Origin: Chlorokybus atmophyticus
Lineage: Eukaryota > Plantae > Mesostigma and Chlorokybus algae
DNA: 64,000 bases
NCBI GenBank assembly: GCA_009103225.1
Contig: RHPI01002262.1
Span: 601,231 to 665,230, forward strand
Reading direction: 5' to 3'
Part shown: piece by piece, positions 14,334-27,910 of the stretch
Layout of the letters: every line of letters starts with the position of its first letter
Position numbering within the stretch: position 1 is the first letter of the stretch
The notes under the pieces: generated by a model
What the model was told of the DNA's origin: nothing
Seen by the model: only the letters and a program-made list of their open reading frames with translations
Databases searched by the model: none
Position numbers and translations under genes: made by a program

Positions 14334-17300
14334 TCAAGTCGTGGCTATATCAGGCAACACCGTGTTTTCACCCATCACACGCCCACCCACATCAACAAAC
14401 TCCTCATGACCCGGAATGCTTTCGACCGTGCCATCTTTGTTGATCTGCAGCGGGTACTTCATCATGTACCCGTCGAGCGGTACCACTTCATCGCCGGCAT
14501 ACTTTTCCCAATTGTTGGCCGCCAATGTGGACACCGTCGCTGCACACGCGGCTGAAGATGGCTGATGGAATTCATCATGTATAGCGCCAAAATGCTCAGC
14601 CCACAGCGACATTCGGTATGCATGAATTGCTCCTTTTGGTGGCTCGCTATCACCAGGCTGCATTGCAACATGAGGTAGCAATTTTCAACATGTACTCCGA
14701 AGAACAATCAAAGCCTACGTTTCCGCAAGACTGTGTCAGCAAGCGTACCTTCATCATGTGCTCTGGTTGGTAGGCCATCACCGCTATCTCCGTGTCGCGC
14801 GTGCCATACAGTGACCTTGCATTGATGTTGGCGGACCCAACAATGACGCACTGAACACAGAGACGCATGAAAGGCTCAATTATGACAGCTGATGCAGTAA
14901 CCAAATGCAGCAACCAGCACCATCTGACAGTTCATCCACGGAGGTTACACGACACCTCAAGTATAGTACCTGATCATCCACTATAAGGAGCTTGCTGTGG
15001 ACATATCTGCAAGAAAACACATGCAGGCGTCACCAGTCTCCGACTTGCCGCAAGTTAATTACGACAGTGCAGGTTGTACACTCACATAAGAAAGCGCCTC
15101 GTCATGCTTATCAACTCCAGAGTGTTGGAGACCTCCATGACGGTGTCATTGTCGGGGCTGTCTGGTGCATTCTCCGTAGGCAACTTGCTACCTGCTGCCG
15201 TCCTTGACTCTAAAGTGGTGTCACTCTGCGAAGCTGCAATATGCTGCAATCACAAGTTGCGCTCTTGCAGCATGCTGAGTGTATGCACACTTACAACTCT
15301 GGTGTTCTTCCTCGGGTTCTCGTTTGCCAAGGCAGAAGAATTTGAGGTAGTCCGTTGGCCAAGAGTCTGTGCCTGTCTCTTGCAGCGTGGTGGCGATTCG
15401 TTTGTACATCATCTTCAAGGTCTGAAAGAGAAATATTCAAGCAACAAGCAAATGTGTGACGACTAGCCTTGGTGGTGGCTTGTTTATAGAGACTGTGGTT
15501 GCCATACCTGTGTTTGCCAATGCAAAATTTCCTACGAGAAACACATACCACCAATCAGTAGTGCTTCATAAACAGTGCTGTACATTCGTCTCACATCTTC
15601 TCGCAATGTCAGTGTAGCTTCAGGCAGCATAAGGCGTCGAGAACCATACCTGCACAGTCCGCGACGTGGGGTTGCCCTCACAGAACATGGGAACGACCAC
15701 ATATGCTACAAAAGGCTGGTGTTGTCGTATCTTCTGGCACACCTGGGGCAGGCTGAAAAGCATCAGGATGGTGTACAGTATGAGTCCGCATGAGAATAAT
15801 GCAACCATCATATGCTTGCAATAGCATGCACGCAAGTGCCGTCCTAGCTTTAGCAACATGCCTATTATAGCAGCAGACGACTTGCTGACCTTCTCAGCAA
15901 TCTCTATGGGAACAATATGTGAGCAGTCCACATGGTAGTCGGTGTCCCAGAGATGTGAGCCTCCTAGAAAGTACCTGTCATAGCAGTGGACCATCACATG
16001 TTGCAGCTTGGCACAATGACAAGTGCAATCAAAACCGGTGTCACTTACTGGTTTTCTATATAGAGGAATTGGTCTGCTCTTCTGATCGCGTGCACATAGC
16101 CCCTGTATATAGAATTGTCCACACGGCGACCTTTCTTGTGATGCAGCCTTAGCGGCCCTACACTGGTGTCGAGAACAGCAGAGCGCTCGTCGATCGATCG
16201 TAGCACCTGCATTCGCCACCTGTCACGCATGAAGTCTTAGCGTGTAACGCAATGTCAGTTACATGGTGATGGCAGGAAGTCAGTAGCAACTGGCACACCT
16301 GTCCGGATCTGTTGATGAGTTCACTGCTGCTTTACTGCCTAAGTAAAACTTGTCTGAGTCCAAGTCCACCAGCATGTCCACTTTGTCACGGACCTGTACA
16401 TGAATGCCGCACGCATCAGCCAGGTTCAACACATGCAGAGCATGTCAGAAATGGTCTACACGCAGGGCATGTGTCAGAAGAAGAGTATTTTGTAACCCAA
16501 AGCTTATCAGCCGCCACTGCATTGAACGGGAAATACCTGAGCTTTCCAGCGCTCAGTGAAGTTGCGCACAACATCTAGCGCTGCAGGGCCTTCAACACGG
16601 CTGTGTGCGTCGTGCCACGGCTGTTGACAAGTGACACACGTCAGCAACACTCAACTTACGTGTATAAAACCAGGTAGCATCAATGCTGATTCAGGACACG
16701 CAAGCCTGTGAGGCACTTGTGCACGTGTACGCACTTGGCGAGGGCCGATACTATCCGCGGGAACAATGTGATTGAAGAAGTCATCGCGGAACTCAACAGT
16801 GTCGCGCCCCTTGAACAATCCATGCTCTGGGGTATCATATCTCATTCCTGCAAAGAAAGTCACTCCACCTTATATCACCTCTGGCATAAGTTTGCGTGAT
16901 AAGCAAAGTGATCCAGTGCTTACAGCGGTACTGACCGCATAAGTCCAGACCGCCAACGTATGCTACAATGCGGTGCTTCCCAGACATGGCTGATGGCTCA
17001 TCCGCAGCTACCAGCTTCTGGTGATGAGTGAACAGTCCCAAAGTGGCGAGCTCCTGGCAGCGATGTTGGTAAGCACACATTCCGTGCATTGCTTATATTT
17101 ACCTACCTCATGCGCTCATGATCATATACACATTGTGAGAACGCAGGATGGCACCTTGAAGAAGTTGTTGGTGTTTGAGTCGGCATCAGATCCTATGCGC
17201 GGGACTTTGGCTACCTCAACCGGTGAGTCCTTGAACGCCAGGTAAGTCTCCTCGCATTTGGTGTCCATGATACCCTGATAGAAGCATCCACCAATAAGCT

Positions 17301-19505
17301 GATATTTCCGCCGCAGATGCAGGCAGATTAACAGCTAGGGAGTGTGCTTACTGCAGTGGTAAAGAACGGTGTTGATAGCGATGTCGCGTCATCCCAGATC
17401 ATAATCAGGACTGTCACGCCCTGAAAAGCAGCTGTACATTAGTCACTGGTAAGATGACTGGCAAACGGTGGCCTCAGTGGCGTCGAGTGAGTACCTCTCT
17501 TGCTCTGCCATCAAGAAGTTCCTTGAGTGTAGGCTGGCCCTCTTCCCGAACAAGCTGTATTTTGGTATCCACAGACCAACCCTGTTGTGTGCAACAAGCA
17601 ATTGTAACAATGTCCTGTAGGAATTGCATATGCAAGCATTCAGGCGCAGATGCTTACGGCAATATAGATGAAGTGTTGTGCCTTCAAAATGGTATCCTGA
17701 ATGTCTCGCCAGCAGCACCTGTGCTGTTGTACGCGATCAGACAGTGGGATAGGGGGCAAGATCTTCTCGCTGTTGCATGCATCCTGCAGGTCCAACGTGG
17801 TTAGAAGGTTGTCAAGTCACACCTTGTGCGCGATGCATACAAGCGGTCGCAATGTTACGCTACAGACTTGCAGTTCACTTGCCTCGTAAAGGGTAAGCCG
17901 GCAGCCATCTTGTGGCTCAAAGTATGTGTCCGGCACGTCTGGGGACTGCAACCACAGTTGTGCTATGTGTCAGCAGCTCAAGTATGCCACATTTGTACAT
18001 TGCATGCGGCAGAGCAAAGGTGCCAGAACAAACTTCCGCCCTTGAACCTGCAGGGTAGGATCATTGTCTAAGGGAATGTACTCCACCTCTACGCAAAGCT
18101 GGCCAAGGCGTGTGTAATGATGCCTTCGTTTCCTGCGGTGCTCCTGCAATGTGGTGTACATTCGGTCCTTAGCAACTGTCACGCTGCTATGCGACAACTC
18201 ACACAACGCATGCGCGTATGTACATGCGCGAGCGTTTGTGTATGCAAGAGTGTGAGAGAGAGCGGCTGATGTGCAAGCAGCACTTCACATCCAACAACCA
18301 GCAGCAACGCAACTTTGCAGCCCTTTGAACCTTGCGAAGCTTGAGCCAGCTGGTTATGTGGCCATTCTTGACCAACTCAGCTGCGCTTATTGAGCCGACT
18401 CCTAGCTTATCAGCGCCAAACATGTCCTTGTCTTTGACACGGAAAACAACTTCATCAACTTCGTGCGCTACGTTGACCAGAAACTCCTCCTCCCAGACAG
18501 GGTTCAGATCATTTGGTATAAAGCGAGTTTTGCATACCCTGTCAGGACCTGTTAGACAACCACACACGGCGATCAGGCAGCCGAACAAGACACTGTGAAG
18601 GTATTTAAATTAACTAATACAAACAACACAACCGCATGGTGCATTCTGCAGTCCACACATGACAGGTAGCGCATCTGACATCACATGGGCAATGGACTAA
18701 CATACTGCAACAGCAGATGACACACGAGTGTGCGGGACTGAAAGCAGACCCCAGACACTTGCTTGTGTCTTTGAGTCTGCTTTGCAATTTGGGGGGCATG
18801 CTTACCCAAGTACACATTGACGTAAGGATCCGAGACAGGCAAGCGAGGGCAGCATGGCAATGAGAAGAGTTTCGCCAATCCAGCTGTTACTGGGTTCTGA
18901 CCGCACTGCAAAGAATAACAACAAGAAGAGTCGGTGATGGGCCTGCTACTTTCTTGCCGAAGTACTAGAGTCAACATGCACTTAAAAAGCAATAATCAAC
19001 GACACACTACATTCAACACATGGTGCACTCCATCCCCAATGCAATCCTTGCCCACCAACCTTGCCAATGCAGTCCTTGTCCACCAACCGCTTGGCTCTGC
19101 GAAAAAAGATACAACATGCACATCAAATCAAACCACCCCAGTCTACAGGTACAGCAACTTCCAACATAATCAACAACACATTATTACTTATGACATATCA
19201 CATATCACATATTATCACACACCAAATCAGTGATAATAAAACATGCAAGCACACAGATCGTGAATCTTACAAGTGGTTGCTGTTCAGGTAGACTGGGCTA
19301 GTTGCACGTAGGGTTACCTGTGTATCTTGATGTGCATCTTGCCATGCAGAAAAACTTCGGGCTCTTTCTTCTGTCTGTGTAAAGCACTGCCGATGCCTTG
19401 GGAGGATCTATCTTCATCTGCACGTGCAGAAGGGGGTGTGTCTCCGTCAGACGAACCACCCTGTCTCGCTGGTGCATTGCCTCGCCTCTTCAGCCGAAAC
19501 TTCAT
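14334..19505 (-). CDS. PLD: Plant-type C2-domain phospholipase D, multi-exon
   Basis: C2 domain ([10 protein letters not shown]; [17 protein letters not shown]), HKD1 [10 protein letters not shown] + [31 protein letters not shown]2 [11 protein letters not shown] + [22 protein letters not shown]-terminal [10 protein letters not shown]...LPDIATT*. Start codon tentative because an assembly gap lies upstream. Confidence 0.95.
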
Positions 19506-19971
19506 GCTACCTGACTGCAGATAGCATTGCTTGTTAAACAGAGTTGATAAGCAGGTTCACGCATGACCCGCACACAGGTTCACACGTGCAACGTAATTGA
19601 GGCCAAGCACGCATGACATGCATCGATACATATAGCGTATCCACTATGCAAGCAACTCTTGAAGTTCAGTTGGTTGGGTTGGTTGCTTTTTGTTGGGCGA
19701 CAATGCCGCAACATACTGGTCTCTATGGACTTACAGCTGGCAATGCATGCAAGGTCAAGTCGAGGAGGAGGCATGGTCAATTCTTGTCGTGCTTCTTACG
19801 GCAAGACTTTTTAGTCTCAACCAACAAGGTGTGTGCGAGGCCCGCGTCTCAAGCAGCTGTCGCAGTCAGCCGACCATGCCGACCACCTCAAGCCTGCAGC
19901 AGGTAACTATTGACTGGGCTACAGAGACAACCTCACAAACATCTTCTAAAAAAGAAAGCCCCCCCTCCCCC

Positions 19972-20598
19972 NNNNNNNNNNNNNNNNNNNNNNNNNNNNN
20001 NNNNNNNNNNNNNNNNNNNNNNNNNNNNNNNNNNNNNNNNNNNNNNNNNNNNNNNNNNNNNNNNNNNNNNNNNNNNNNNNNNNNNNNNNNNNNNNNNNNN
20101 NNNNNNNNNNNNNNNNNNNNNNNNNNNNNNNNNNNNNNNNNNNNNNNNNNNNNNNNNNNNNNNNNNNNNNNNNNNNNNNNNNNNNNNNNNNNNNNNNNNN
20201 NNNNNNNNNNNNNNNNNNNNNNNNNNNNNNNNNNNNNNNNNNNNNNNNNNNNNNNNNNNNNNNNNNNNNNNNNNNNNNNNNNNNNNNNNNNNNNNNNNNN
20301 NNNNNNNNNNNNNNNNNNNNNNNNNNNNNNNNNNNNNNNNNNNNNNNNNNNNNNNNNNNNNNNNNNNNNNNNNNNNNNNNNNNNNNNNNNNNNNNNNNNN
20401 NNNNNNNNNNNNNNNNNNNNNNNNNNNNNNNNNNNNNNNNNNNNNNNNNNNNNNNNNNNNNNNNNNNNNNNNNNNNNNNNNNNNNNNNNNNNNNNNNNNN
20501 NNNNNNNNNNNNNNNNNNNNNNNNNNNNNNNNNNNNNNNNNNNNNNNNNNNNNNNNNNNNNNNNNNNNNNNNNNNNNNNNNNNNNNNNNNNNNNNNNC
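19972..20598. other. Assembly gap (N-run) flanked by C-rich tracts
   Basis: Ns in sequence. Confidence 1.
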
Positions 20599-21533
20599 CT
20601 CCCCCTCCCCTTCTTCCTTCCCAACCACCACAAGTAAAACAAAACCCAAAGAACAACAACCACGTGGAAAAACAAGAAACAGCAGAGGGGGAAGCAACGA
20701 GCTGAGCGTTACAAGACCTAACAGCTACAAGTAACGCATTTCAATGCAACAAAGTTCCCAAAACGTCATGCAAGTTGAAGCTCAATTTATCCTCTGTGAC
20801 AGCTGCAACTGTGCTGTGTGCATCAAGCAGCATAGGCAGCTTCAAGGTGTGCAAGCTTTGTGAGCACAAACTACATGCCTAGTTCAAGAACAAGAATGCC
20901 TAAAGTCCTAAAAGCAGCAGATCGCGTGTCAAACCAGCAAGCATGCAATGTGCAACTCACACCCACAGCTTCAAGCTCCAAGCTTGCAACGCATGCCAGA
21001 CCGCGTCCCCGTTTGCTACACCGCTTCAGCAAGCTTGAGCATATACACATGGCAAGCAGGTTCGGCAGCGTCAGCACCGACACCGCAACACAATCAAGCT
21101 CTGACAAATCAAGCAAGCAAGCTCGCTCCAAGCTCCACGCTCCACGCTTCAAGCTGTCCACGCAAAAGCTGCAAGCTCCAGCTTCATGCGCTCAACGCAA
21201 CAGGCTGTAGGGCTGCTAGACTTGGAGCCCCAGTAGCATTTGGACCAATGCTGGCCTGGAGCGCAGCAGTCCTGCCCCAATGCATGCTCCAGGCGGCAGT
21301 CGCCAGGCAGGGGCTGGCGATTTGAAGCAAGTTTACACAATAGACTCTAAATCCCCTTGTTACTCATGCATCCTGTTCGACCGAACCAGGCTTGATGAAC
21401 TCTAGTTCAGCAAGTGCAGAATCGAGTCTGGGTGAAAGCTGCTGTCAGGCCATGCGGCCACGTCAACAATCTCCAACCCTAAGATTGGTCTGGGCGGCGG
21501 CAGCGGCGGGTGGGGGCGAGGTTTGCGTGCGTG

Positions 21534-23928
21534 ATGGCGTCGTCCTGTTGTCATGGCCTGTCGGTGTTGAGTGCGTTGCGGCCATTGCCGTCACCTAGGG
21601 CGGTGCCAGCAGCAGCAGGAGCGCGTGGGGCTTGTGCATTGCGGTCTGGTCGGGGACAGTGGCTAGGCGGGTCTGGCCTGAAGCCAGCTGGCGCAAGGGT
21701 TGTGTCTGGGAGAGGCTTCGATTGGCAGCAGAGTAGGCGACAGCATGTGCTTGTCACGTGTGCGGCTGACGGCAAGAAGGACAAGAAAGCAGACATTAAG
21801 TACAGGTGCGGGTGCAGTTGGCCATGCGTGCATTGTACTTGCACCGTCAGCTCTGTCTGCACTCATTTGCAATGCTTGGCTGCAATGCAAGCAACAGTCT
21901 TGCGCGAGGTTTGGTAATTGCACTCCTGATCCTGGAACAGCTGGTGTGACCTCTGTGTAGTGACCAATGTCGGACTCACAGCTAGTTACACTCGCTGCCG
22001 TAAAGCTCTTGATGTCATAGCAATGGTGATGCTGTTGTGTAGTCTTTGCACGTATGCATGTGCCATGCATGGGCTTGCTTGTGTGGGCTCGCATGCATTC
22101 GCATGTCAATTTCAGAAGTGACGCAAGCAACTGAGGCTGCAGTTTCGTCGGGTTTGTGCTTTTGTGGTTTCGGCGATGTATTCTGCAGCTATATACTAGT
22201 AGGTACTGTTGCCACAGAGCAGTGCAGTAGCTCGCGTGCTATGGTAATGCATGGCATGTTTGACGACCACAATGTCATACCATCTTGCTTGACTGTGCTT
22301 CGTCTGCTTTGACAGTTCGCAAATGTCCGCGCAGCTACGCACAGAGGCCACTGCACCTTTTCGCACCTTTCGCATGTTCCTCTATCTAGGTAAGCATGTC
22401 ACCTCCCCCCCTCCCCCNTCATCCTGAACACCCCCCCACATGTTAGCATAGCTCGTTGTGCCATGTGACAGAGGCCTTCAGTGCCATACCAGAGAGCTAT
22501 TTTCGGAATCTTATTGCAGGGTAAATGCATGACTACACAGCAATTGCGTCAAAGATATGACAGCAATTTGCTTTGGGCTCTGTTCGCAGCATTCATGGGA
22601 TCTGCTGGGTTGGGCGGCACAATCTCACTGGTGCGAACGTTGACAAGCGCTTTGGGCGCTCCAGCTGCCAACACTGGTCTGCTACAAGACAACCTTGTTA
22701 ACCTTGCAGTTGATGCCGGCGCCTTTCTGCTTTTCTTCCTGCTTTACAGATCCGATTCCAAGTCCAAGGACAAGCAGCTTGCAAGGATAACACGAGAGGA
22801 AACGATGGGCGAGCTCAAAGTGGAACTCACAACCGGTAAATGGCCCATAAATCATGTATGGTGCAAGCAAGTTGGGCCTTCTCATCTATCTATTGGTGTT
22901 GTCTAGAGTTGTATGCGTGCATACTGGCATTTGTGCAGGGCTACGTGAATAGGGAGGAGCTGAAGTTAGGCTTGCGGGAGGTGAAAACACCCGCAGAGGG
23001 GGGGAGGGGGGGGGGTCCTGCATGCATGTGGATGTGTTGGTCGCTTTGGGTCCCTAGGGGCTGATGAGCACTGGCTGGTGTCATTTTCCAGTGCTAGATG
23101 CACCTTACAGTGTTCTTGCAGGAAAGGTGATTTCGCTTGAGCAGCTGCGAGGAAGCGCTCGTGTGTTATTGCTAGCCGGGGATTATAACTATGTTAAACA
23201 GGCACTTGACGCGGCAGGTACATCAGCTGTAACAATGTATCCTCACTAAATCGTGCCATCTTCTTTTTCTGCGTCATCTGATGGGACTCCTGCTGTCCCG
23301 CTCGCTTTGCAGAACAGTATAAGGACGCATTGGTTGAGCGAGGCGTGACGATTGTACCACTTGTGCTTCCACCGAATGCGCCTCAGACAAAGGAGTTGGC
23401 TGTGACAGACGATAAGCGATGGAAGGCTGCGCCTGTGGTCGCAGACAAATGGGTCAGGTGAGTAACCTGTGCGCATGTTGGGCACAGCAATGTGCCTGCA
23501 CTGTTCTGTGCGCTCTCAGCAGCAGCCGCACCTCAGGCAAAAGCTGGTGTTGGCAACCTCATCTGACAGGTTATTTGTGCAGCTGGATAGCGGAGCAGAA
23601 ACGGGTAGCTGGGGTGGCACCTGGGTCTCCAGTGTAAGTATTAGGTCAAGAGTTGTTGACATCTCCTCGCATGCTTAGCCATGCAGGCACTGCACACATG
23701 GCTAAGCATGGCACTTGAAAGTCTGCGCAAGCATTCGACGACGGCGTACCGTCTCAGTTGGTACCCTCCTGATGCTACTGTGCTTCCAGGTACATTTCTT
23801 TGAGATTAGATGGCCGAGTGCGCGGCAGCGGAGTGGGCATCCCACCCTGGCAGCAGATATCAGTGGCTCTGCCGCCAATGAAGGGCTTTTTCCAGGGGCC
23901 CCTCGACGGCTTAGACGGACGAGTTTAA
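21534..23928 (+). CDS. LOW PSII ACCUMULATION 1-like (DUF3493, no TPR), plastid-targeted
   Basis: Transit-peptide-like N-terminus; LRTEATAPFRTFRMFLY, LARITREETMGELKV, LEQLRGSAR, LVERGVTIV, C-terminal PPWQQISVALPPMKGFFQGPLDGLDGRV*. Matches the recalled Arabidopsis At4g28740-type family pattern. Confidence 0.9.
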
Positions 23929-24890
23929 AACTACAGGTTCATCACCAGCAGTATCATTTGTTCAATGTGCACGGTTATGCAATGCTTATCTTTCAGATAC
24001 AATTTTGGGCTACTTCTTTATATGTTGAGGGCACCCAATGTCTTTCCAGATATTGCACCCTGGTTTCTGCGGCTGTTATGACGATGTTGCAGCTGTACAA
24101 CACATATCCTATGTTGTCATGTTGCCGTTGTCATTTGTACACTCGTTTGGGACATACAGGCTTGAAACGTCCTGGGCATGTGCACAGAAACACGTGCACA
24201 TGTTGTCAACTGTTGCCCATCAATGCAGACATGATTATACAATTCTGTAAACTGCCATTATAAATTATAAGGCAAGATAACGCTATTGGAACCTTGCAGA
24301 CGCTGGGCACAATGCGCTGGCCTTCCACCTTTTCTTTCGGTCTTGTACTTTTAGACTGATGCTTCCCACATTCTGTCACTCACCTAAGCTATGGAGCTTG
24401 CACGGTGTAAGCTGATCTATATGGCAGATGTCAAGGATATATAGCAGCGAAGCACATGATGTGATAAGTTTTCATACTCACGTGCAATAAGCGATATACT
24501 GCTTAACAAGCACATTAACGAGTAGAAGACGTGGAGGGGTTGTAGATGTAGCAAGCCTCGCACGCTACTGTGCGTGATGAGTAGACGGTAATAGGGTGGA
24601 CAGCTGGTCGAAGTAGCGAGTCGTCTGTCATCATTGTCGCTGTGCTTGTATCACATGGTCATTTTGCTGTAGCAAGCACTGCAGGCACAGCACGGCATGC
24701 CACAGCATGCCATGTAGACGTTGTTGCTACTATCGTTATTGCCAGCAGTGGTTAGCTAGATGAGAAAGAGAGACCCAGAGAGAGCGGCGGTGCGGTAGTA
24801 CTGCTTAGGTTGGGGCAGCATGAAATGGTTTAGCAGCAGTCGTCATTTCATGACTGGCAAGGGATTGTGCTTGCCCCCCCCCCCCCCCCC

Positions 24891-25307
24891 NNNNNNNNNN
24901 NNNNNNNNNNNNNNNNNNNNNNNNNNNNNNNNNNNNNNNNNNNNNNNNNNNNNNNNNNNNNNNNNNNNNNNNNNNNNNNNNNNNNNNNNNNNNNNNNNNN
25001 NNNNNNNNNNNNNNNNNNNNNNNNNNNNNNNNNNNNNNNNNNNNNNNNNNNNNNNNNNNNNNNNNNNNNNNNNNNNNNNNNNNNNNNNNNNNNNNNNNNN
25101 NNNNNNNNNNNNNNNNNNNNNNNNNNNNNNNNNNNNNNNNNNNNNNNNNNNNNNNNNNNNNNNNNNNNNNNNNNNNNNNNNNNNNNNNNNNNNNNNNNNN
25201 NNNNNNNNNNNNNNNNNNNNNNNNNNNNNNNNNNNNNNNNNNNNNNNNNNNNNNNNNNNNNNNNNNNNNNNNNNNNNNNNNNNNNNNNNNNNNNNNNNNN
25301 NNNNNNN
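24891..25307. other. Assembly gap (N-run) after a poly-C run
   Basis: Ns in sequence. Confidence 1.
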
Positions 25308-27383
25308 CAATTAACAGGTGAAGAACCCCCCCCGCCCCCGCCCTCCTTTGGCTGGTGCGCTAAGCCAGCCTTGCTCTACGGCTGGTAGGGTCCCGCGATT
25401 GCATGGGCGCAGTAACACCCAAGCAAGTTGAAGGCTCCCTACCATCAAGAAGCGGAAGGCTCAAGCGTTTGAATGCACAGCACACAGGAAGGCGCCAACA
25501 GGTATCATTCTCTCCGCTTGGCGCGCATCGAATGAGCGTGAGACAATGCTAGCTTGTTGCACTTCAAAACTCAATGGGTCCGCGCTCTTCATTGTCTGCT
25601 GCTGCTCTGGGTGCATGTGGGTCATGATCACTTGCATGGTCTTTCTGGCTTCTGCATTACAATGGTGACTGCCTGCCCGGTTTGCTCGTATTGCATGCTA
25701 GGGAGGGGGGTTGCCTTTGCATCTACAGACAATTGTCGAGAGGCAGCTTAAGAGCATGCCCAAAAGTAATGCTCATAGGGTCTGACATGGTTGCAATTGT
25801 TGGCGCTGAGAGCAACAGATGGAGCATTGAGAGAAAAACATGCAGCATTGCAATGGGAGAATATAACTCTGTGCCCACCAGAGCCCAGCCTTTTCAACTC
25901 TCATGCAATCATGCATAAGTACATGACTGATGCACATCATGCGTGCCCTTGGATCCTTCACATGTCCACCACACATGGACCATGTTTACAAGTCTGCACA
26001 CAATGTGTACACCCAGGTCTACTATGCAGACAATCACATGCACAGTGCTCCCTTCGTGGAGAGGGAGAGGTGCACATGCAAAGGGAGGCTTAGGAACATG
26101 TTCTTTATTAACTCTGGAACGGTGGGAGCTTCATGGTGCAGCTTGTAGCAGACCTTGGAGCTTCCAGAACGGTGTCACATGGCAGCTCCTACACAACTCT
26201 CACAAGCAACAACCCAACATAGGGCAGGGGAAGGCCCCTTTAACACCACTTCTTTATCACCAAGTACCCATATCTAGTGTGTGGAAGGACCTTGCTAACA
26301 CCCAGCTAAGGCGTGCACAACAATGCCAGCGCCGTCTTGAAAGTGTACAACAACAACTCCCCTTGCCTTGGGCGTGCCAACGCCTATAAAGCCCCTCAAT
26401 GGCAGCTGATGCTGACGTAGATATCTAAGTGCCCTTCCTGTCAGGAAGTTCCTGATGCCTTCCCACTTGGCCACACGTTCCCTAGAAAGGCATATTCCCT
26501 TAGGGACGTGTGCTGACCGTACAATTGACGTTCAGCACACTACACAGTGCTTCAACGGCCATGTGGCCATCATGGCAACTTGTCACACACTTAATGTGAC
26601 TCACTCAGCATTGTCACATCATGCCATGTGCTATATATGTCACACCTTTACTCACGCTTGACGCGACATGCAGCTGTAATTTACATGTGCATACCAACCA
26701 CTTTCTTTGTACAGTACTGACTTCATATACTGTGTATGACACTTGCCACAACATGCGACAGTGTCTCGCATGTGAACATACACATGCTCACGCTGACCAG
26801 CTCTGTGCTAGCTGCTTATCAGTGCATTGCACAGTTCAACTTGCCCAAGGCTCATGAGCTCAAGGACTGACAGTATGAGCGAGCCACTTATGCACATACC
26901 TTAAACAGTTGAACTACTATATAGTCATGCTGTCATATGTCGCAACATAGCAGCTGAGAGTGATCATGCCTTGCCTGTTAAGCGTGACATAGAAACTCGT
27001 GTTGCGCAAGTTTCAGCTGTTACAGATGAAGGCTGCTAGAGTTCAAGCAAAGTGTTGTGTGGCAAGCATGGAAACGGTGAGCACCTACGCCATCTTGGTT
27101 ATAAGCTTAGAAGGGCAAGGGTGTGCAAGTGCTCATGCCCAACACACTACAATGGCATTTGCCTGCAACATATGATGTGCGCAACTTCTGCATGCCAGTG
27201 GGGTGTGCAGATTTCAGATTTCCTTCTTCACGCCTTGTAGGTGCAATTCACGCTTAGCTTCAGTATGCAAGCAGGTTGCTGGCCAATGCTTTGTTACAAA
27301 TTCAATGCTTGTATGAGCGCATACTCATTGTCACACCCGTCCACTCACCCCTCAACAGAGTGACATGCTGTGGTCAGCCTTAC

Positions 27384-27909
27384 TGTAACGGGAAGGTACA
27401 TTACCACAAATCGACCATAAAAGCACCAAGTCTTTTGTGGTCGAGTGGGCTGTGACATTGGTATCGGAGCTTGAGACCCGGGTTCGATTCCTGCCTTGCA
27501 CACGAATTCCGCGGTCGTTGTTTCTCGATCCAATAATATCGTAAATGGTCACTTTATGAGTGCCATCATCGATGGGTCGCGACTTGCCTAATGGCAGTCG
27601 CGCCGAACTAACCAGTTCAGTCGGCGCGGCAGGGCGCGACCTGCCTATCGCGGCGACGCGACCTGTGGGGCCGGCAGCGTTTCGCTATGCGCGCGTTGAC
27701 CGGTATGGGCCTAAATTGGCCGGTCCTTGGACGGTGGGGCCGGTGACCGACCTTAACAAACCCCTTGGGTAATTCCCCAGCTGATGGCCGCCAGCTGCCG
27801 AGGACGTCAGCGTTCTTAAGTGGGGCGGAATGTAACGAGAAGGTACATTAAGTTACCACAAATCGACCATAAAAGCACCAAGTCTTTTGTGGTCGAGTGG
27901 GCTGTGACA
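27384..27909 (+). mobile_element. TRIM copy A: 5' LTR 27384-27457, PBS 27459-27470, PPT 27819-27830, 3' LTR 27831-27909
   Basis: LTRs TGTAAC...GTGACA; PBS TGGTATCGGAGC is one mismatch from the plant tRNAi-Met PBS TGGTATCAGAGC; PPT AGTGGGGCGGAA abuts the 3' LTR; no coding capacity. Confidence 0.9.
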
Positions 27910-27910
27910 T

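Noticed and set aside
19690-20734. Long ORFs across the first gap
   Set aside because: Artefacts of N-runs; the same applies to 24820-25388.
27431-27500. tRNA gene or simple tRNA-SINE (A and B boxes)
   Set aside because: No cloverleaf or acceptor stem; the boxes sit within an LTR/PBS structure with PPT and TG...CA ends.
27770-27830. Hammerhead ribozyme (retrozyme) from CTGATG(A)
   Set aside because: No downstream GAAA core or stem II/III geometry.
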